Below are positions 1-14,136 of a DNA stretch of 64,000 nt, piece after piece. The notes below the pieces were generated by a model that saw only the letters and a program-made list of their open reading frames with translations, did not search any database and had not been told where the DNA came from. Each line of letters begins with the position of its first letter. The stretch's first letter is position 1. The DNA comes from Eledone cirrhosa (taxonomy: Eukaryota). The position numbers were made by a program, and so were the translations under genes. The DNA is taken from positions 139,314,001 through 139,378,000 of the forward strand of contig OZ024740.1 in assembly GCA_964016885.1 (NCBI GenBank), written 5' to 3'.

Positions 1-403
1 CGATGTTTATATATATTCATCACCTCACAAATCACAAGTCCTGTATATTTTATTAAATCGCTTACGTGACCCTGAGCCAATCCTCTGCGAAGCGCCCGTA
101 ACAGGTCGATACACACAAAAAAAAAACTAACTACATGTAAAAAAAATTCATTGTTTTTCTTAATATATGTGTATAGTCACAGTTGTATACATTTTTCTCC
201 ATATATGCCCGTGTCTCCCAATCCTTTCACTACCAAGGACCTTTTTATTTAAATGAATTTTTCCTCGCCAGATTATTATATATTGAGAAGAATGAATATC
301 CAGTACTCTGTGTATATTAATGTGTTTAACAAAGTGGTAGATATTTTGAAATTACTCGCAGGACCCCAGTACTATGTTAACGCACGCCGGCGTGGGAACC
401 AGT
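1..403 (+). mobile_element. Possible 3' end of a non-autonomous Helitron
   Basis: GC-rich hairpin CGCACGCCGGCGTGGG (381-396) followed by AACCAGT, i.e. CCAG in place of the canonical CTAG; the 5' end is outside the window. Confidence 0.3.
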
Positions 404-549
404 AACGTATAATAACAAAATACAATATATCCCATACCATTTTTTTTTACTTGGAAAATGGGTGTTAAACTGATTTTTCTTTTAATGTTACTTCACTCGT
501 ATATTTCTAACTTGCATTGTAATGACGTTCCCAACACAACTTCTACCAA

Positions 550-571
550 CACACACACCCGCGCGCACGCA

Positions 572-668
<97 letters not shown>

Positions 669-723
669 GTGTATGTATGTGTGTGTGTGTAAGAAGTACT
701 ATGCAACATGGAAAAAGGACTTT

Positions 724-787
<64 letters not shown>

Positions 788-790
788 TAG
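550..790. repeat. Compound (GCAC)n/(CA)n/(TA)n/(TG)n microsatellite
   Basis: Seen directly; source of the spurious HT/VC/YI ORFs. Confidence 0.95.
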
Positions 791-1414
791 TTTGCATGTG
801 TGTATAATTGCATGTTTTTCTATCTGTATGTCTGTGAGTGATTGTATGAATTACTTTTAGTATATTTACTGTTTGTACTTGAATGACTTAGAAAGTATTA
901 TTGTTTCCACAAATGGAATGTATTACTAAAATAAAGCCATTTAATCAAACTTGCAAACTTAATTTTCAATGTTTACTCGTGATTGGGAGCATTATAATAA
1001 TAAATGAAAGCGCGTGAGTTAGTGGTTAGCGATTTGAATTCTCAGGTTGCGAGTTCGACCTCAAGACCGGGTGATGCGCAAGACATTTTATTTCCCGTTG
1101 CTCTTTCTGTCAGAAGTTGTGACCATTAGATTGAATCAGCAATGAAAAGACCACTAGAATCGTTGTTTCCTTCGTCCGATATGACGAGTTCCACCCCATT
1201 AAGTAAGCAAATTCTTAATATTTTTTGATATTATAATTATAGATTATGAAGAGGCAAGGCTGTGTAATGAAAGTGTTGGCATCACAACCACAAAGTTGTG
1301 GGTTCAGTCTCGCTGCGCTAAACCGTCGGCAATTGTTTTTGTTTTTATTATAGTCTCTATTTCACCAATGTCATATAAGTGGAATTTGGTATACAGAAAC
1401 TGCAGAATCCCGTC

Positions 1415-1454
<40 letters not shown>

Positions 1455-1617
1455 CAGTTCATGTTTATTTTCATCTCCTTTTTTCCGCTAACTCCCCCCT
1501 CACTCTCCTGATGAATCACTTATGCCCGAAATGTCGCACCCACCCCCACTCTCACTAAGCGTGAATACTATTTGTAACTTGTACGCCTGCGTTGTTGTTT
1601 TTAGTATTCCGATATAA

Positions 1618-1677
<60 letters not shown>

Positions 1678-1878
1678 GTATGTGTTGCAGAAGACAAGTT
1701 GCTAATACGTAATTGTTACTTCTTGATGATAACAGGTTCGAGCAATCCAAAAGCACTTCACATCTGTAGTTTATCCCAGCTAAGAGTGGGTTAGGGTTAG
1801 GAGTGACGGAGTATTCATTTATCAAATAAGAGTAGAACAATTATGGTGGAATAATCCCTTCTTAACTACTCCTATTTG

Positions 1879-1941
<63 letters not shown>

Positions 1942-2025
1942 AAGAGAGAGAGAGAGAGATAGAGAGGGATATATATATACATAAAGATATATATATATAT
2001 ATATATATACATGAGAGAGAGAGAG

Positions 2026-2072
<47 letters not shown>

Positions 2073-3259
2073 TAAATGTATGGGCTGTGTGTCATAGTCT
2101 AAGTTTATGACTCTTTATATACCGTAAATTAGCTGTTCAACAAAAACGATACCGATAACATACGTACCAAACTTGGAAAATTAGTACTGGTGTCGATATC
2201 ACCGACTAAATCAAAGTGGTGTTTAGCATGGCCTTAGTCTAAACACAGTAAAGTAGTAAATGTATAAAATATTTACTAGTATTTACTGTATAGGGAACAA
2301 ATAGATTTGAAAGAAAGACATTTGACAACTGTAATTTACTATAGAAACCTTAGATTGATTGAACCTATTGCTTGAAACACTTTGTATTTTCGGGTGTGGA
2401 GGTATTTGTTAGCAACTGTTTTTTATAATACTAATAATACTGATTTCTTTATTTATATTTTCTAATTTAGGCACAAGACCAGCAATTTGTAGGCGAGGAA
2501 ATCGATTACATAGACCCCGATTCTTGACTTGTATTTTATTCTATCTATCTACGCCAGAATGTGACTGTAGCGGAATGTGAACTCAGCGTTCTTTTTTTTC
2601 GAAGTTCTCACGATTCTGCCAGTTTCTCTTAGTTGTATATTTTATTTTCTTAACTTCACGGAAATCTGAGATAAGTACTGACCTCATGGAATCGTGCAAT
2701 TCGTAAAAGTGAGTGTTTGTGGGGCGGGGAGGGGGGTGAGAGAAAGAGAGAGAGAGTAAGAAAGAAAGAGAGAGAGAGTGTGTGTATGTGTGAGTGTGAT
2801 TTAGTCAATAAAAGAGATCCTTGTTTCACAAATGTTCTATACAGCTTCTATACCTGATTAATGTAAGTAATACGACGTAAACCCTGAAGTAGTGGTGCGT
2901 ATAAAAGTTGAAGTGGGAAATACAATGGAGTGGTTTTAAGTTGCCATTATCAATAATAGCCTCGGAGAAGAGAAATTTGCCAGGGCTCTAGAAGCGAACG
3001 AAACAGCCGTCAATTACAGAGAAAACCCCCTACAGACAGTTAACAATATATCTTTACGGTGCCTATTTACAGCTACCGCTGTGATTAGGTCTTCAGTTTC
3101 CTCTACTGTAACATAGAAAATTTACAACTTCCTCAGATAATATTTATTACACTTTAAATGGTTAAAATGATTATTATCTTTAGAGTATGTTTTCAATCTT
3201 GAAAAAATATATCCTCCTTTTTCACATAGTAATATGAATGAGGAATAATGGTTATAGAG

Positions 3260-3540
3260 CAGTGAAGGCACGTGACTTCGTGATTACTGTAGTCGCTTCA
3301 CGATCGTATGGTCGTGAGTTCAATTCATGGTGATATTTATGTCCTTGAACAATATTTTTTTTTATTTCATGTTCCTCCAATGCGTTCAGTTGGAAACATT
3401 TAATTATATCAGTAATTGAAAGAGCCGATCTTGCTACACACTGTATCACGTTAAATCTCCCTGAGAAATACGTTAAGGATATACGTGTTTGTAGAATGTT
3501 CAGCCACTTGCACGTTAATTTCTCAAGACAGAAAGAGGGA
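3260..3540 (+). mobile_element. tRNA-derived SINE, second family (related pieces near 1008-1100, 23480-23800(-), 30048-30230, 30320-30530(-), 32330-32445(-))
   Basis: tRNA-like head (GGCACGTGACTTCGTG...GAGTTCAATTC); body segments such as AATCTCCCTGAGAA recur inverted at ~30345. Confidence 0.6.
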
Positions 3541-3887
3541 AGAAATAGCAAATCTATGAGGTAGAGTTTGTAAAATGTTGCTCAGTGAATATTTTCTAAT
3601 CAGTGATATGATGTCTTTTTTATGCAGTCTAGAATAATTGTGTGTACCAATAGGATTAACAACCCTCATATATAAGCTGTGCCCCTAAGTAGAGATTATT
3701 AAAGGTGGCTATGATTTCGAAGTTTCGGATGTAATGAGTCTCCTCATACAGCCCTATCCCCATTTCCCTCTCTTTCTTTCCTTTTGTATATATATTTATA
3801 TATATACATATGGTATATATATATACAAATCAGGGGAGTACTCTATGCATGAGAAGAAACAGAGGGTAAAGAAGAAGGTCAGGTTTT

Positions 3888-3969
<82 letters not shown>

Positions 3970-3974
<5 letters not shown>

Positions 3975-4409
3975 GATGGCACCCCCTCGTTATCGAGTAT
4001 GGCCCTTGCACGATATACCAATATTAGTAATTATTAATTAATTCTATCGTGCGATAGGGGGGTGGATTGGCGGTAGAGGGTCGGACGCCATGCTTTCCAG
4101 CATAGTTACGTCCCTTTACGATCTGAGTTCAAATCCCGCCGAGGTTGACTTTGCCTTTCATCCTTACAGGGTCGATAAAATAAAGTACCAGTAATGCACT
4201 GGGTAATTGCTGGCCTTGTGCCAAAAGTAGAAACAATTAATTAATTCTATCGTGCAATGCCTGTGATGAAGATATTTTTTAAAGTGAGGAAAGACTGTGC
4301 ACTGAGCCAATCCCACTCTCTGAGCGACAGTAGCTATAACCCGAAAAGAAGAAAAGATCAACATCATCGGTAACTACTGAGCCGCAAGTTTTATATCGGA
4401 GTTATCCCA

Positions 4410-4410
<1 letters not shown>
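3970..4410 (-). mobile_element. RTE-tail SINE-like element interrupted by a tRNA-SINE
   Basis: 3970-4053 and 4237-4410 are the reverse complement of 9467-9695; a SINE at ~4058-4236 sits between them, flanked by duplicated ATTAATTAATTCTATCGTGC. Confidence 0.7.
4058..4236 (+). mobile_element. tRNA-derived SINE with Deu/Nin-like central domain (other copies ~2466-2630(-), 5020-5115, 8603-8740, 10160-10330, 15625-15840, 16160-16350, 17830-17995, 18430-18515(-), 26450-26625(-), 31320-31460, 48690-48810(-))
   Basis: B-box GAGTTCAAATCC followed by the recurrent GCCTTTCATCCTT..GGGTCGATAAAATAAAGTACCAG segment, seen in >10 dispersed copies; the domain name is from recollection, not alignment. Confidence 0.8.
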
Positions 4411-4492
<82 letters not shown>

Positions 4493-4617
4493 GTATGGTA
4501 CGAGAGATCACCGCAAAAATTATGATGACAATCTGCAACTAATTAAAAAGCTCCAAACAAAGATTTCACTATGTACTTCAAACAAGAATCTATTAATACT
4601 TAGGATTAGTATTTTAT

Positions 4618-4651
<34 letters not shown>

Positions 4652-6022
4652 TCTTCTAAATTGGAGATAAGAAGTGCTACAAATCATGTTTAGACAACTT
4701 CACAACTTCATTAATGTTAAGTGGTGAATTTACGAAACTAGAAGATTACTGTTAAGTATAAAATCCTATATTAATTTTCCAACCCAGCTTTCTAACTAGG
4801 CGGCGTAATTTCTGAAGCCTTAGAGCATAGAACAGTGTTTCTGAAAGTGGGGTATAGCAATATTCTGGCGAGGCGTGGACTTCAGAAGGGGGTGTGTATA
4901 TTATAGTATATACTATGCTATATACTAAATTTATCCGATCATTCTAGGTGGTGGGATTTTGTGGAGTTGGGGCAGTGGAAGTGTAGCATGAAATGTGAAA
5001 GGTTGAGAAACTCTGCTGTAGAACAAAATGCCTTGCTTTCGGTACTTTGATCTGATGTTCAAATCCCACAGAGGTCAAATTTGCCTTTCAAACTTTTCAT
5101 GCTCTGATAAATTGAATTTTATTAATTCCTTCATTGAGCAGAATTGGTATCGGTTGGGTTCCCTCATATGTATGTCTATACTTGTGTATAAATATATATA
5201 TATATCTTCAATTAATTTGTTAATTACTCCCCTATGGTAAATTTGGCTGAATCGGACTGCTTTTTGTAGCAGTCCGTTACTTGCCATGTCCACCTACCAC
5301 TACCCTTCTATTGACCGTTAATCACGTGATAAATTTTCCATTCGAAATTATCGCCGGCAGCGGATAACTCGGAAGAATTTTTCTTCATTGAGAAGTTTCC
5401 TGATGAGCTGAGACTTCTCACAGTACTAAACAAAACTACGATTACTCAATGTAACTGCAGCAGTCAGAACATCAAAGTAAATGGGTAAAAAAACTTTTTC
5501 TTATCTTGTTTACTTTTCCCAAATATAATTTTATTATGCTCTGATTAATTGATTTTTATTAATTCCTTCACTGAGCAAAACTGGTATTAGTTGAACGCCC
5601 TCATATGTATACTTGTGTATACATATATATATATCTTTAATTAATTTATATATATATATTCATATATATATATATATGTTCGCGACAAAAACAATTTCCT
5701 TCTTTCTTACATTGGATTCATCTTGAAAGGTCTATTTTCTACGCGCTCATATATTCACCCAGCTTATGCTGATAGAATAACTATGTAGCTTGTGCCTCTT
5801 CCTATCTACGGTTAGCTTTTCTCTTTGTTGTTTACTTGTCTCACTCGCTTTACGCGTTTTAATTGTCCTAATAACTTAATTTAGTTATTATTGCACCAAC
5901 ATGAGGTATATGATTTTTAATGCAATGAAATATCTATGATCGTTGGCAAATCACTGATGAGGGACTCATTTTTATAACATGTTATCCATGTGCAACCTGC
6001 AGTATTCTTCTCCCCATTTTTT

Positions 6023-6083
<61 letters not shown>

Positions 6084-6248
6084 ATACACGGGGAGAGAGT
6101 GGGGGTGCGTACAGTTAGACATAGTGATGGATAGATAGATGTGAGATTGTGAATGAAGCGAGATCAAAATGTTTGCTGAGCCGGTAAAAGGGTCTTTTTC
6201 CTTTTCTTTTTAATATAAATAAAATCAGTTAATCTCTAACAGCTGTTT

Positions 6249-6312
<64 letters not shown>

Positions 6313-7097
6313 TCATGGACACACACAAGCAAAATCAAAACATCTGCATACGATATGTATATGTATAGAAAAAAAATAGACAGAACTTTAGACTGCGAAA
6401 AATGTGAATTATTGGTTGTCCATTTTGTTTGTAAGCAAAGTAATTTATTTACCCAGGTCTAAATGACACTGCTGGTTCACTAAATGAAATATGGATATTT
6501 ATACAAACAAGTAAGGAGTAAAAGGAAAATATTTCAAAATGCGGTACCTGTTGGTTTTAACGTGAGATATTTCAACCCTTTTGCATTTACATTACTCTAT
6601 ATATACACCTATATATACACCTTTGTATTTTCACGGTAAAGGCTTTATCTCACATAATATCTCACATAATATCTCACATAATATCAAATTTATGAGATTC
6701 TAATATGATTTATTTTGAGAACAATACCGTAACGTCACACAAAATGTATTCGTTCGGGATATCTGCACCCCAAGTTCAAATTTTGCTTAGATCAACATGA
6801 GCAGCCGGTTACAGCCGGTTTGAACAGAAAGAGGTGAGAGAATTCTGGCCGGATATGGGTGGTTTAAATGCTAAAGGGTTAAACCGAACTCACAAATATT
6901 CTGAAAGCAGTAAAAATAAGCAGAATGTTAGAGAAGTTGGTAAAAATTAAAACTCACAATAAAAAGAAAAAGTTTTCAATATTTCCATTTACTTCTCACT
7001 TAGTTTATATATACATACGTGTGTAATGATCAGCAGCTGGTGATAGAGTTCTATGATATTTAAATCGGAAGATTACAGCTCAGTTGCAGAGACATTA

Positions 7098-8204
7098 TCT
7101 ATATATATAAAACTGAGGCTGTCTGTGTGTGTGTGAGTTTGAATCTCTAAAACTCGAGAAGCACCCAACCGACTGTTTTCAAACTTTACACATGAAATAC
7201 TTGTTTCAGGGAGTGTTCTAAGCAAAACCAATTTCAAATTTTCAATGCCCTAGGGACCGCATTAGGCGATTTAGCGATCTCTCTCTATAATTCTTAGTCT
7301 TTCTCTTTTTAGATAATACATACGTATAACGTCGCGCCCTTATAATATCTGTATGTCTGGGTGTATGCATTAAGTCACTTCCCACAATTACGTCTGCGTC
7401 CAGAACGCGCCCTTATAATATATGTCTGTTTGTCTGGCTGTCTGCTGCCTCCGGTTTTTCCGCCACCCTTACTCAAGACAAATCTCACACTCGTTCCTCA
7501 AACAGTTGGTAAGTGCACACAACTTCTACCCTTACTTCTTTGCCAGCCGTGGTTGTGGCAATACTAAGCTTAACTAAGGCGGTTATATATTTCACACAGC
7601 ACTAAAAATTAAAGCCGGTAAAGAAAAACATCGCTATAATAGCTTCAGTTTTCACAGTGTTACTTACGTGCCTTTACGAGAACAGAAGTTACTCAGGGAG
7701 TGTTATGCACATAAAAAATTCAACTTTTTGATCCCCATTAGGTGAAAAACTGCGTTTTTTCAGCTTTTTAGGGGTATTTTGAGGCGTTACGTCAGACCGA
7801 TTTCCTTGAAATTGTAACTATGTATTAGTCAGTCTCTTCTTCATACCGTGAGCAAAGAAAATCCAACTTTTTTTTGGGGCCTAGGGCCCAGGTGGAAGAC
7901 TTCATTTTTTCAGCTTTTTAAGGCTTTTTTTTTAGGCGTTACGTCTATCCGATTTTTAAGAAATTTCAAGGTATATTATGCACATAAAAAATTCCTTTTC
8001 TTGATGCCCTAGGGCCCGCATTAGGTGAAAACCTGCATTTTTCCTGCTTCATCGAGGAAAATCTTCAAGATTATTCAGTCATCAGAGTATTCGGTTTATT
8101 TTCTTTACATATTGTCGAAGCATGCAGTTTTTCCACGATTAGGTCTGTTGGTGGCCTGCGTTCCAAAATACTCTCTCCCGTGCAACGTCGGGTACCACTG
8201 CTAG
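7098..8204 (+). mobile_element. Non-autonomous Helitron
   Basis: 5' TCTATATATATAAAACTG; 3' hairpin CCCGTGCAACGTCGGG then CTAG; inserted between A7097 and T8205; both ends shared with the 24901-25854 element. Confidence 0.85.
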
Positions 8205-8735
8205 TTTCCAATACAACAATCTATATAAAATATGAATCTAGTCAGTAGCCGACAAAATGTTGCGAATAACTTTAATACGTAACGTTATTATGTAACTATA
8301 TATATATATATATATATAGAGGGGGGGGGGGCAGGAGACAGAAAGAAATAGATAGATAGAAATATTCTACTGTTTTTTCTTTCTTCCTCTCTACTTTCTT
8401 TTCTATCCCCAGCCCATTTTCTTTCCCAACTCACCCCATATCTTTCTCCTTGTCTATCTGTCATTGTTTATCAAATCATCCTTCGTCTATAGGGAATCCG
8501 CTTCAAACAACACAATTATGTTGTAACGTAATAATTCTACTGCTGTTCATCAACAAAGAATATCACTGAGAATATAAACCGCAAACTCAAACTTTCCTCG
8601 AAGCGGCAGAGTTGTTAGAACGTCGCACAAAATGAATTCGTTCCGGCTATTTGCACCTCAAGTTCAAATTTTGCTATGGTCAACTTTGCGTTTCTTCATT
8701 TCCAAACAGATAAAGTACCGTCTCGTTTGTGGTGT

Positions 8736-8780
<45 letters not shown>

Positions 8781-9149
8781 ATTGTTCTTCCTTACTCCTT
8801 CTCTCTGGAAGAAATTGGATGTGTATTAACACGGGCAGGGATGGGGTGCGCCAAATTTTACCGTGAAGCTGCCCTTACGACTCCAACAGGAGTTAAGGAT
8901 TAAAGAAAGAGAAATCACAAACAATGGATTTCCCGAGCTAAACTAAGATACGACATCCAATGTCAAATGGTATACATCGTTGTTTTACTATGAGTCTGGT
9001 TTCGTATACATGTGTGTGTGTGTACGTACTCGCTTGTGTTCCCGTATCCATGTAAATTGTTGTCTGTCTGTCTGTCTGTATGTATGAATCTTTTAGTCAT
9101 TGTGTATGTATGTATGTATGTATGTATGTATGTATGTATGTATGTATGT

Positions 9150-9420
9150 ATGCAGTGCCTTTGCTCACTATAAAAGCTTCAAGGCACAGGCATTGCTTTA
9201 TATCTGGATATCTCTCTGCACTTGTCGTCACATGGTACCATGGGTCCAGCACTGTGTCAATAATTGTCAAAAGTGTAGTGTTTGTACCAGAGTTTTCAAG
9301 TCGCTGGCTGGACTAAAAAGTCACACTCGTTCAGCGCATCGGTAGGAGTTCTCCTACATGGATATAAAGTAGTGGCCGTACTCAAAAACAAGTTGGCAGC
9401 CACCATGTATGTATGTATGC
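9150..9420 (+). mobile_element. 3' fragment of an RTE-like LINE with C2H2 finger and (ATGT)n tail
   Basis: Encodes CSVCTRVFKSLAGLKSHTRSAHR-stop, then GGCCGTACTC...GGCAGCCACC(ATGT)n. Confidence 0.7.
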
Positions 9421-9800
9421 CCTAGCCTTTATCAAAGCATTCTTCTAGGAGAAGGCAACTCAGGAAACTGGGATAACTCCGATATAAAACCTGCGGCTTA
9501 GTAGTTACCGATGGTGTTGATCTTTTCTTCTTTTCGGGTCATAGCTACTGTCGCTCAGAGAGTGGGATTGGCTCAGTGCACAGTCTTTCCTCACTTAAAA
9601 AAACTCTTCACGCACAGGCATTGCACGATAGAATTAATTAATAATGGTATATCGTGCAATGGCCATACTCGATAACGAGGGGGCAGCCATCATGTATGTA
9701 TGTATGTATGTATGTATGTATGTATTTATGTATGTATGTATGTATATGTATGTATATATGTATGTATGTATGTATGTGTGTATGTATGTATGTATGTTAT
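9421..9800 (+). mobile_element. SINE-like element sharing the RTE 3' tail
   Basis: Ends in ATGGCCATACTCGATAACGAGGGGGCAGCCATC(ATGT)n; the same tail is inverted at 18993-19033 and 3970-4010. Confidence 0.7.
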
Positions 9801-10938
9801 GTATGAACAAGTGTTTTTGCAGAGTGTTGTGTCTTATTTTTCTTATATAGTGTGCATCAGTGAAGTATTTGCGAGGTCAATCAGTGTATGCTTTCTTTGT
9901 TTTTGTTTCTTTGTTGTTAGTTATTTATTTTGCTTCATTTTCCCTAACGTGAAGTCATATAGGGAAGGGCCGTGTCCATGACCGTTCTTGGGGTCTCCTC
10001 GCCCTGTGGGAAGGGGGAGAGCAGGTGTTCTCAAACCTGAAACCTGGTCTGAATGCTAACAAAGTGATAAGTGTGTATGTTTGTGATTTTAATGTATGTA
10101 GAAAGAGAGTGTATATCCCATGTTGGTGTGTGTGAGTGTCAGATAATATACCATTGAGGTATTTGTTCTGGCTCTTTACATTCTCATTTCAAGTCCTGCC
10201 ATCTTCGACTTTGCCTTTCATCTTTCCGATATCGATAACATAAAGTACCAGTCAAATACTGGGTTTGATTTAATCAACTTTGCCATTCTCCCAAATGTGG
10301 TGGCTTTGTGTCTAAAATAGAAATTAGTGTGGGTATTTGTGGATTTAAATACCGGAAGAAATTCCTTCAGGCATTTTCCCGACGTTCTGACCATTCTGCT
10401 CATCTATCGTTAGAAGAAGAAGAAGAAGAAGAAGAAGAAGAAGAGCAGCGTCGATGACGTCAGCAACAACAATAATAAGGGCCTGGGTTTTTTTATTTTT
10501 ATCTTTTCATGTTCGTACAGTTACAAAAACATAGATTATTTTGAAAACAAAGTCAGCAAATATGGAAGCAAGGGTTTATTCACAATTCTATATGTAAATC
10601 TTCCTATTATCCTTCTTTCTCTCCCCTCATGCTCACATTCACCGACCAGGCACATACACAGATATGCATACATAGATAGCTCTGCGAAGTAAATGTGCGG
10701 AATATTTTTTTCTTTAAAAAACAGCACATTGTCGACCCGATCAAAAGAGATGGTGTGAGCCATCGACAGTAAATAGTAACCTGTTAGATATGAGGAAGTT
10801 GAATTGGTAAGACTTTAGGGGGATGTTGACTGTTGTTATATCGGGTGGAACATGCAACCATATGACCCGTCATATGTTGAATACATTAAGGAAATCGAGA
10901 GAAACTAATACACTGCGTAGATGTGTTTGCGAACGTGC

Positions 10939-10939
<1 letters not shown>

Positions 10940-10975
<36 letters not shown>

Positions 10976-11375
10976 TATATATATGTGTGTGTGTATGCAA
11001 GTATGTATATATGTAAACACATACATACTTACACACACACACATATATATATATATACATACATACATATATACAAACATACATACATACATACACACAC
11101 AGATATATATATATATATATGTACATACCTACATACACACATACATACATACACACAAACTCGCATACATACATACATACATACATAGGGTGTATAATAT
11201 ATTCGGAATGAGAGTGTTTGTTCAGGCTATAGAAACAGTTTACTGTAAAAGGTACCCGGCTGGAACATTGCTTTCCGTTTTTACATTTCTTTTCTTTCTT
11301 TCCCCAATTCTTTTCTCTGCGTGCTGTATGTAGGGGAGTGCATTCTTTGTGTTTAGTTTACACACACACACACAA

Positions 11376-11419
<44 letters not shown>

Positions 11420-11442
11420 ATGTATGCATAATATATATACAC

Positions 11443-11490
<48 letters not shown>

Positions 11491-11491
11491 A

Positions 11492-11583
<92 letters not shown>

Positions 11584-11673
11584 TATACATATATATATAT
11601 ATACATATATATATATTATATATATATATATAATATATATATACATATATATATATATACATATATATATATG

Positions 11674-11705
<32 letters not shown>

Positions 11706-11757
11706 AATGTGTGTGTATCTTTGCATAATATATATACATATATATATATATATATGC

Positions 11758-11798
<41 letters not shown>

Positions 11799-11928
11799 GT
11801 ATATATATATGTATATATATATATATATGCATAATATATATGTATATATATCTATATATATATATATATATTATGCATATATATATATATATATATACAT
11901 ATATATACATATACATATATATACATAT

Positions 11929-11973
<45 letters not shown>

Positions 11974-12160
11974 CATATATATATACATACATATATATAT
12001 ATATATATATACATACATATATATATATATATATATACATACATATATATATATATATATATACATACATATATATATATATACATACATATATATATAT
12101 ATATATACATACATATATATATATACATATATATATATATACATACATATATATATATAT

Positions 12161-12201
<41 letters not shown>

Positions 12202-12262
12202 CATATATATATATACATACATATATATATATATATATACATACATATATATATATATATAT

Positions 12263-12301
<39 letters not shown>

Positions 12302-12305
12302 CATA

Positions 12306-12339
<34 letters not shown>

Positions 12340-12362
12340 CATACATATATATATATATATAT

Positions 12363-12400
<38 letters not shown>

Positions 12401-12466
12401 CATATATATATATATATATAATACATATATATATATATATATACATACATACATATATATATATAC

Positions 12467-12499
<33 letters not shown>

Positions 12500-12522
12500 C
12501 ATACATATATATATATATATAT

Positions 12523-12573
<51 letters not shown>

Positions 12574-12712
12574 CATATATATATATATATATATAATACA
12601 TATATATATATATACATACATATATATATATACATACATATATATATATACATACATATATATATATACATACATATATATATATATATACATACATATA
12701 TATATATACATA
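10940..12712. repeat. Long degenerate (TA)n/(TACA)n microsatellite
   Basis: Seen directly; short unique interruption at ~11190-11350. Confidence 0.95.
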
Positions 12713-13009
12713 CAATTCAGTCTTCTAAGATTTTTAGATCGCTAATTTTTACACCTACTGATGAGCAGAGAGTTGGTGATGCCTTCGCTTAATATAATTT
12801 CGCGGAACAGTTTCTATAATTGTCTAGGGGTTTTCAGGCAGTTGCCTATATATAGATTTGTTATTCTTTTTCTTGATTTACTACTTTAAATTAAGTCTGG
12901 CAAACCATATTGTTAGAGTTAGTATTTTTTCACCCTAGCAAACCTGGTCCTTTACAATTCGAACACATGTACACATGTTTATATTTGTGTTTATCTCTCT
13001 TGTATGTTC

Positions 13010-13052
<43 letters not shown>

Positions 13053-13093
13053 CGAAACATAAGTCAATTGCATGGACTCATAATCCTTTATTT

Positions 13094-13149
13094 ACTGCTA
13101 TATATATTTCGATGATAGCCATTGAATGGCTATGACCACATCAGGCAGT
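13094..13149 (-). ncRNA. Type I hammerhead ribozyme, A9U variant core
   Basis: Minus strand: ACUGC-CUGAUGU-GGUCAUAGCCAU UCA AUGGCUAUCAUC-GAAA-UAUAUA-UA-GCAGU. Confidence 0.7.
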
Positions 13150-14136
13150 TAGTCAGTTCTTAGATATGCCAGCTCTGTCTTTATAGTGTTGATGGTATCA
13201 GAGCCTTGTGACATATTGAAATATAGGGAGAAAAAGACGATTATTAGGAAGAAAAATATATTTTTTTCCTTTTTATTGTTTTCTCTTTTTTTCTGGGTTC
13301 GAAAATGTTTAAAACAAAATATTTTACTTTGTGTGAAGTGTTAAGGTATTAGTTAATTTATTTATTAATTAACAATGGCATTTATTTATTTATTTATATA
13401 TTTAATAATTGTCTATTACCGGTTTCGGCATTTTATGCATTATCAAAGGGGGGAATTTGTGTTTGTGTAAAATGTTGGTGATGTTGAACATGTTAAGGAA
13501 ATGGTGAAGAAAGAATAATGTTATTTACAAACAAGGTTTTTGAAGTGAAAAGAAAAAAGAAAAAAAAAGGGGGGCAATGTGGAACATGATAAGGTAATAA
13601 GAAAGAAAAAATAATATTATTTACAGGCATAGTTCTTGAAGATAAGCAGATCAAAATGTGTTATTATGGCAAGAGTGCTTAGTTGATCCATGATGGAGGC
13701 AAATGGTAGTCTGGGGTCTGTTATGATTTCCCTTTTTAGAGAGTTAATATGCAGGGGGAGGTAATTCAGGGTGGTCAGGTAGGGGAGAGAGAAATGAGAG
13801 GGGGTAATTCATTTATATAAGAAAAAGGATTAGGTAGGGTGTGAGGGAGGTAACTCTTTAGAGAACATAGGAATTTGGTTTTGGTTCATTGTTCGTTCCA
13901 GTTTTAGTTTAGTCCGAAGTTTAGTCCATTATATATATATATATATACTGATCAGCCAGATTTGCATATTAGCAGACTGGCCAGTCAGTTTTCTGTATAC
14001 GAGCGATCAATCTGAGTTTATCGAATATTCGAAAAACTCAGATTACATTTATTGTATTCAGCCATGTAGAGCGAAAATCTTTTTCTTTTTATTTAACCTA
14101 GTAAAGCCGGCCATTGATCGCTCGTATACAGCAAAC

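Noticed and set aside
1500-1545. CTGATGA...GAAA as a hammerhead
   Set aside because: No pairable stem I and no UH site in the correct position
1786-1802. Telomeric TTAGGG repeats
   Set aside because: Only two units; not an interstitial telomere
2874-3020. CTGAAGT...GAAACAGCCGTC as a hammerhead
   Set aside because: Stems I and II pair too poorly to support a call; at best a very old remnant
4058-4145. tRNA genes at SINE heads
   Set aside because: A/B-box-like motifs are present but there is no cloverleaf, and each is joined to a SINE body
9241-9345. Host C2H2 zinc-finger gene
   Set aside because: Followed directly by the RTE-type 3' tail and (ATGT)n, and present as several truncated copies, so it is LINE-derived
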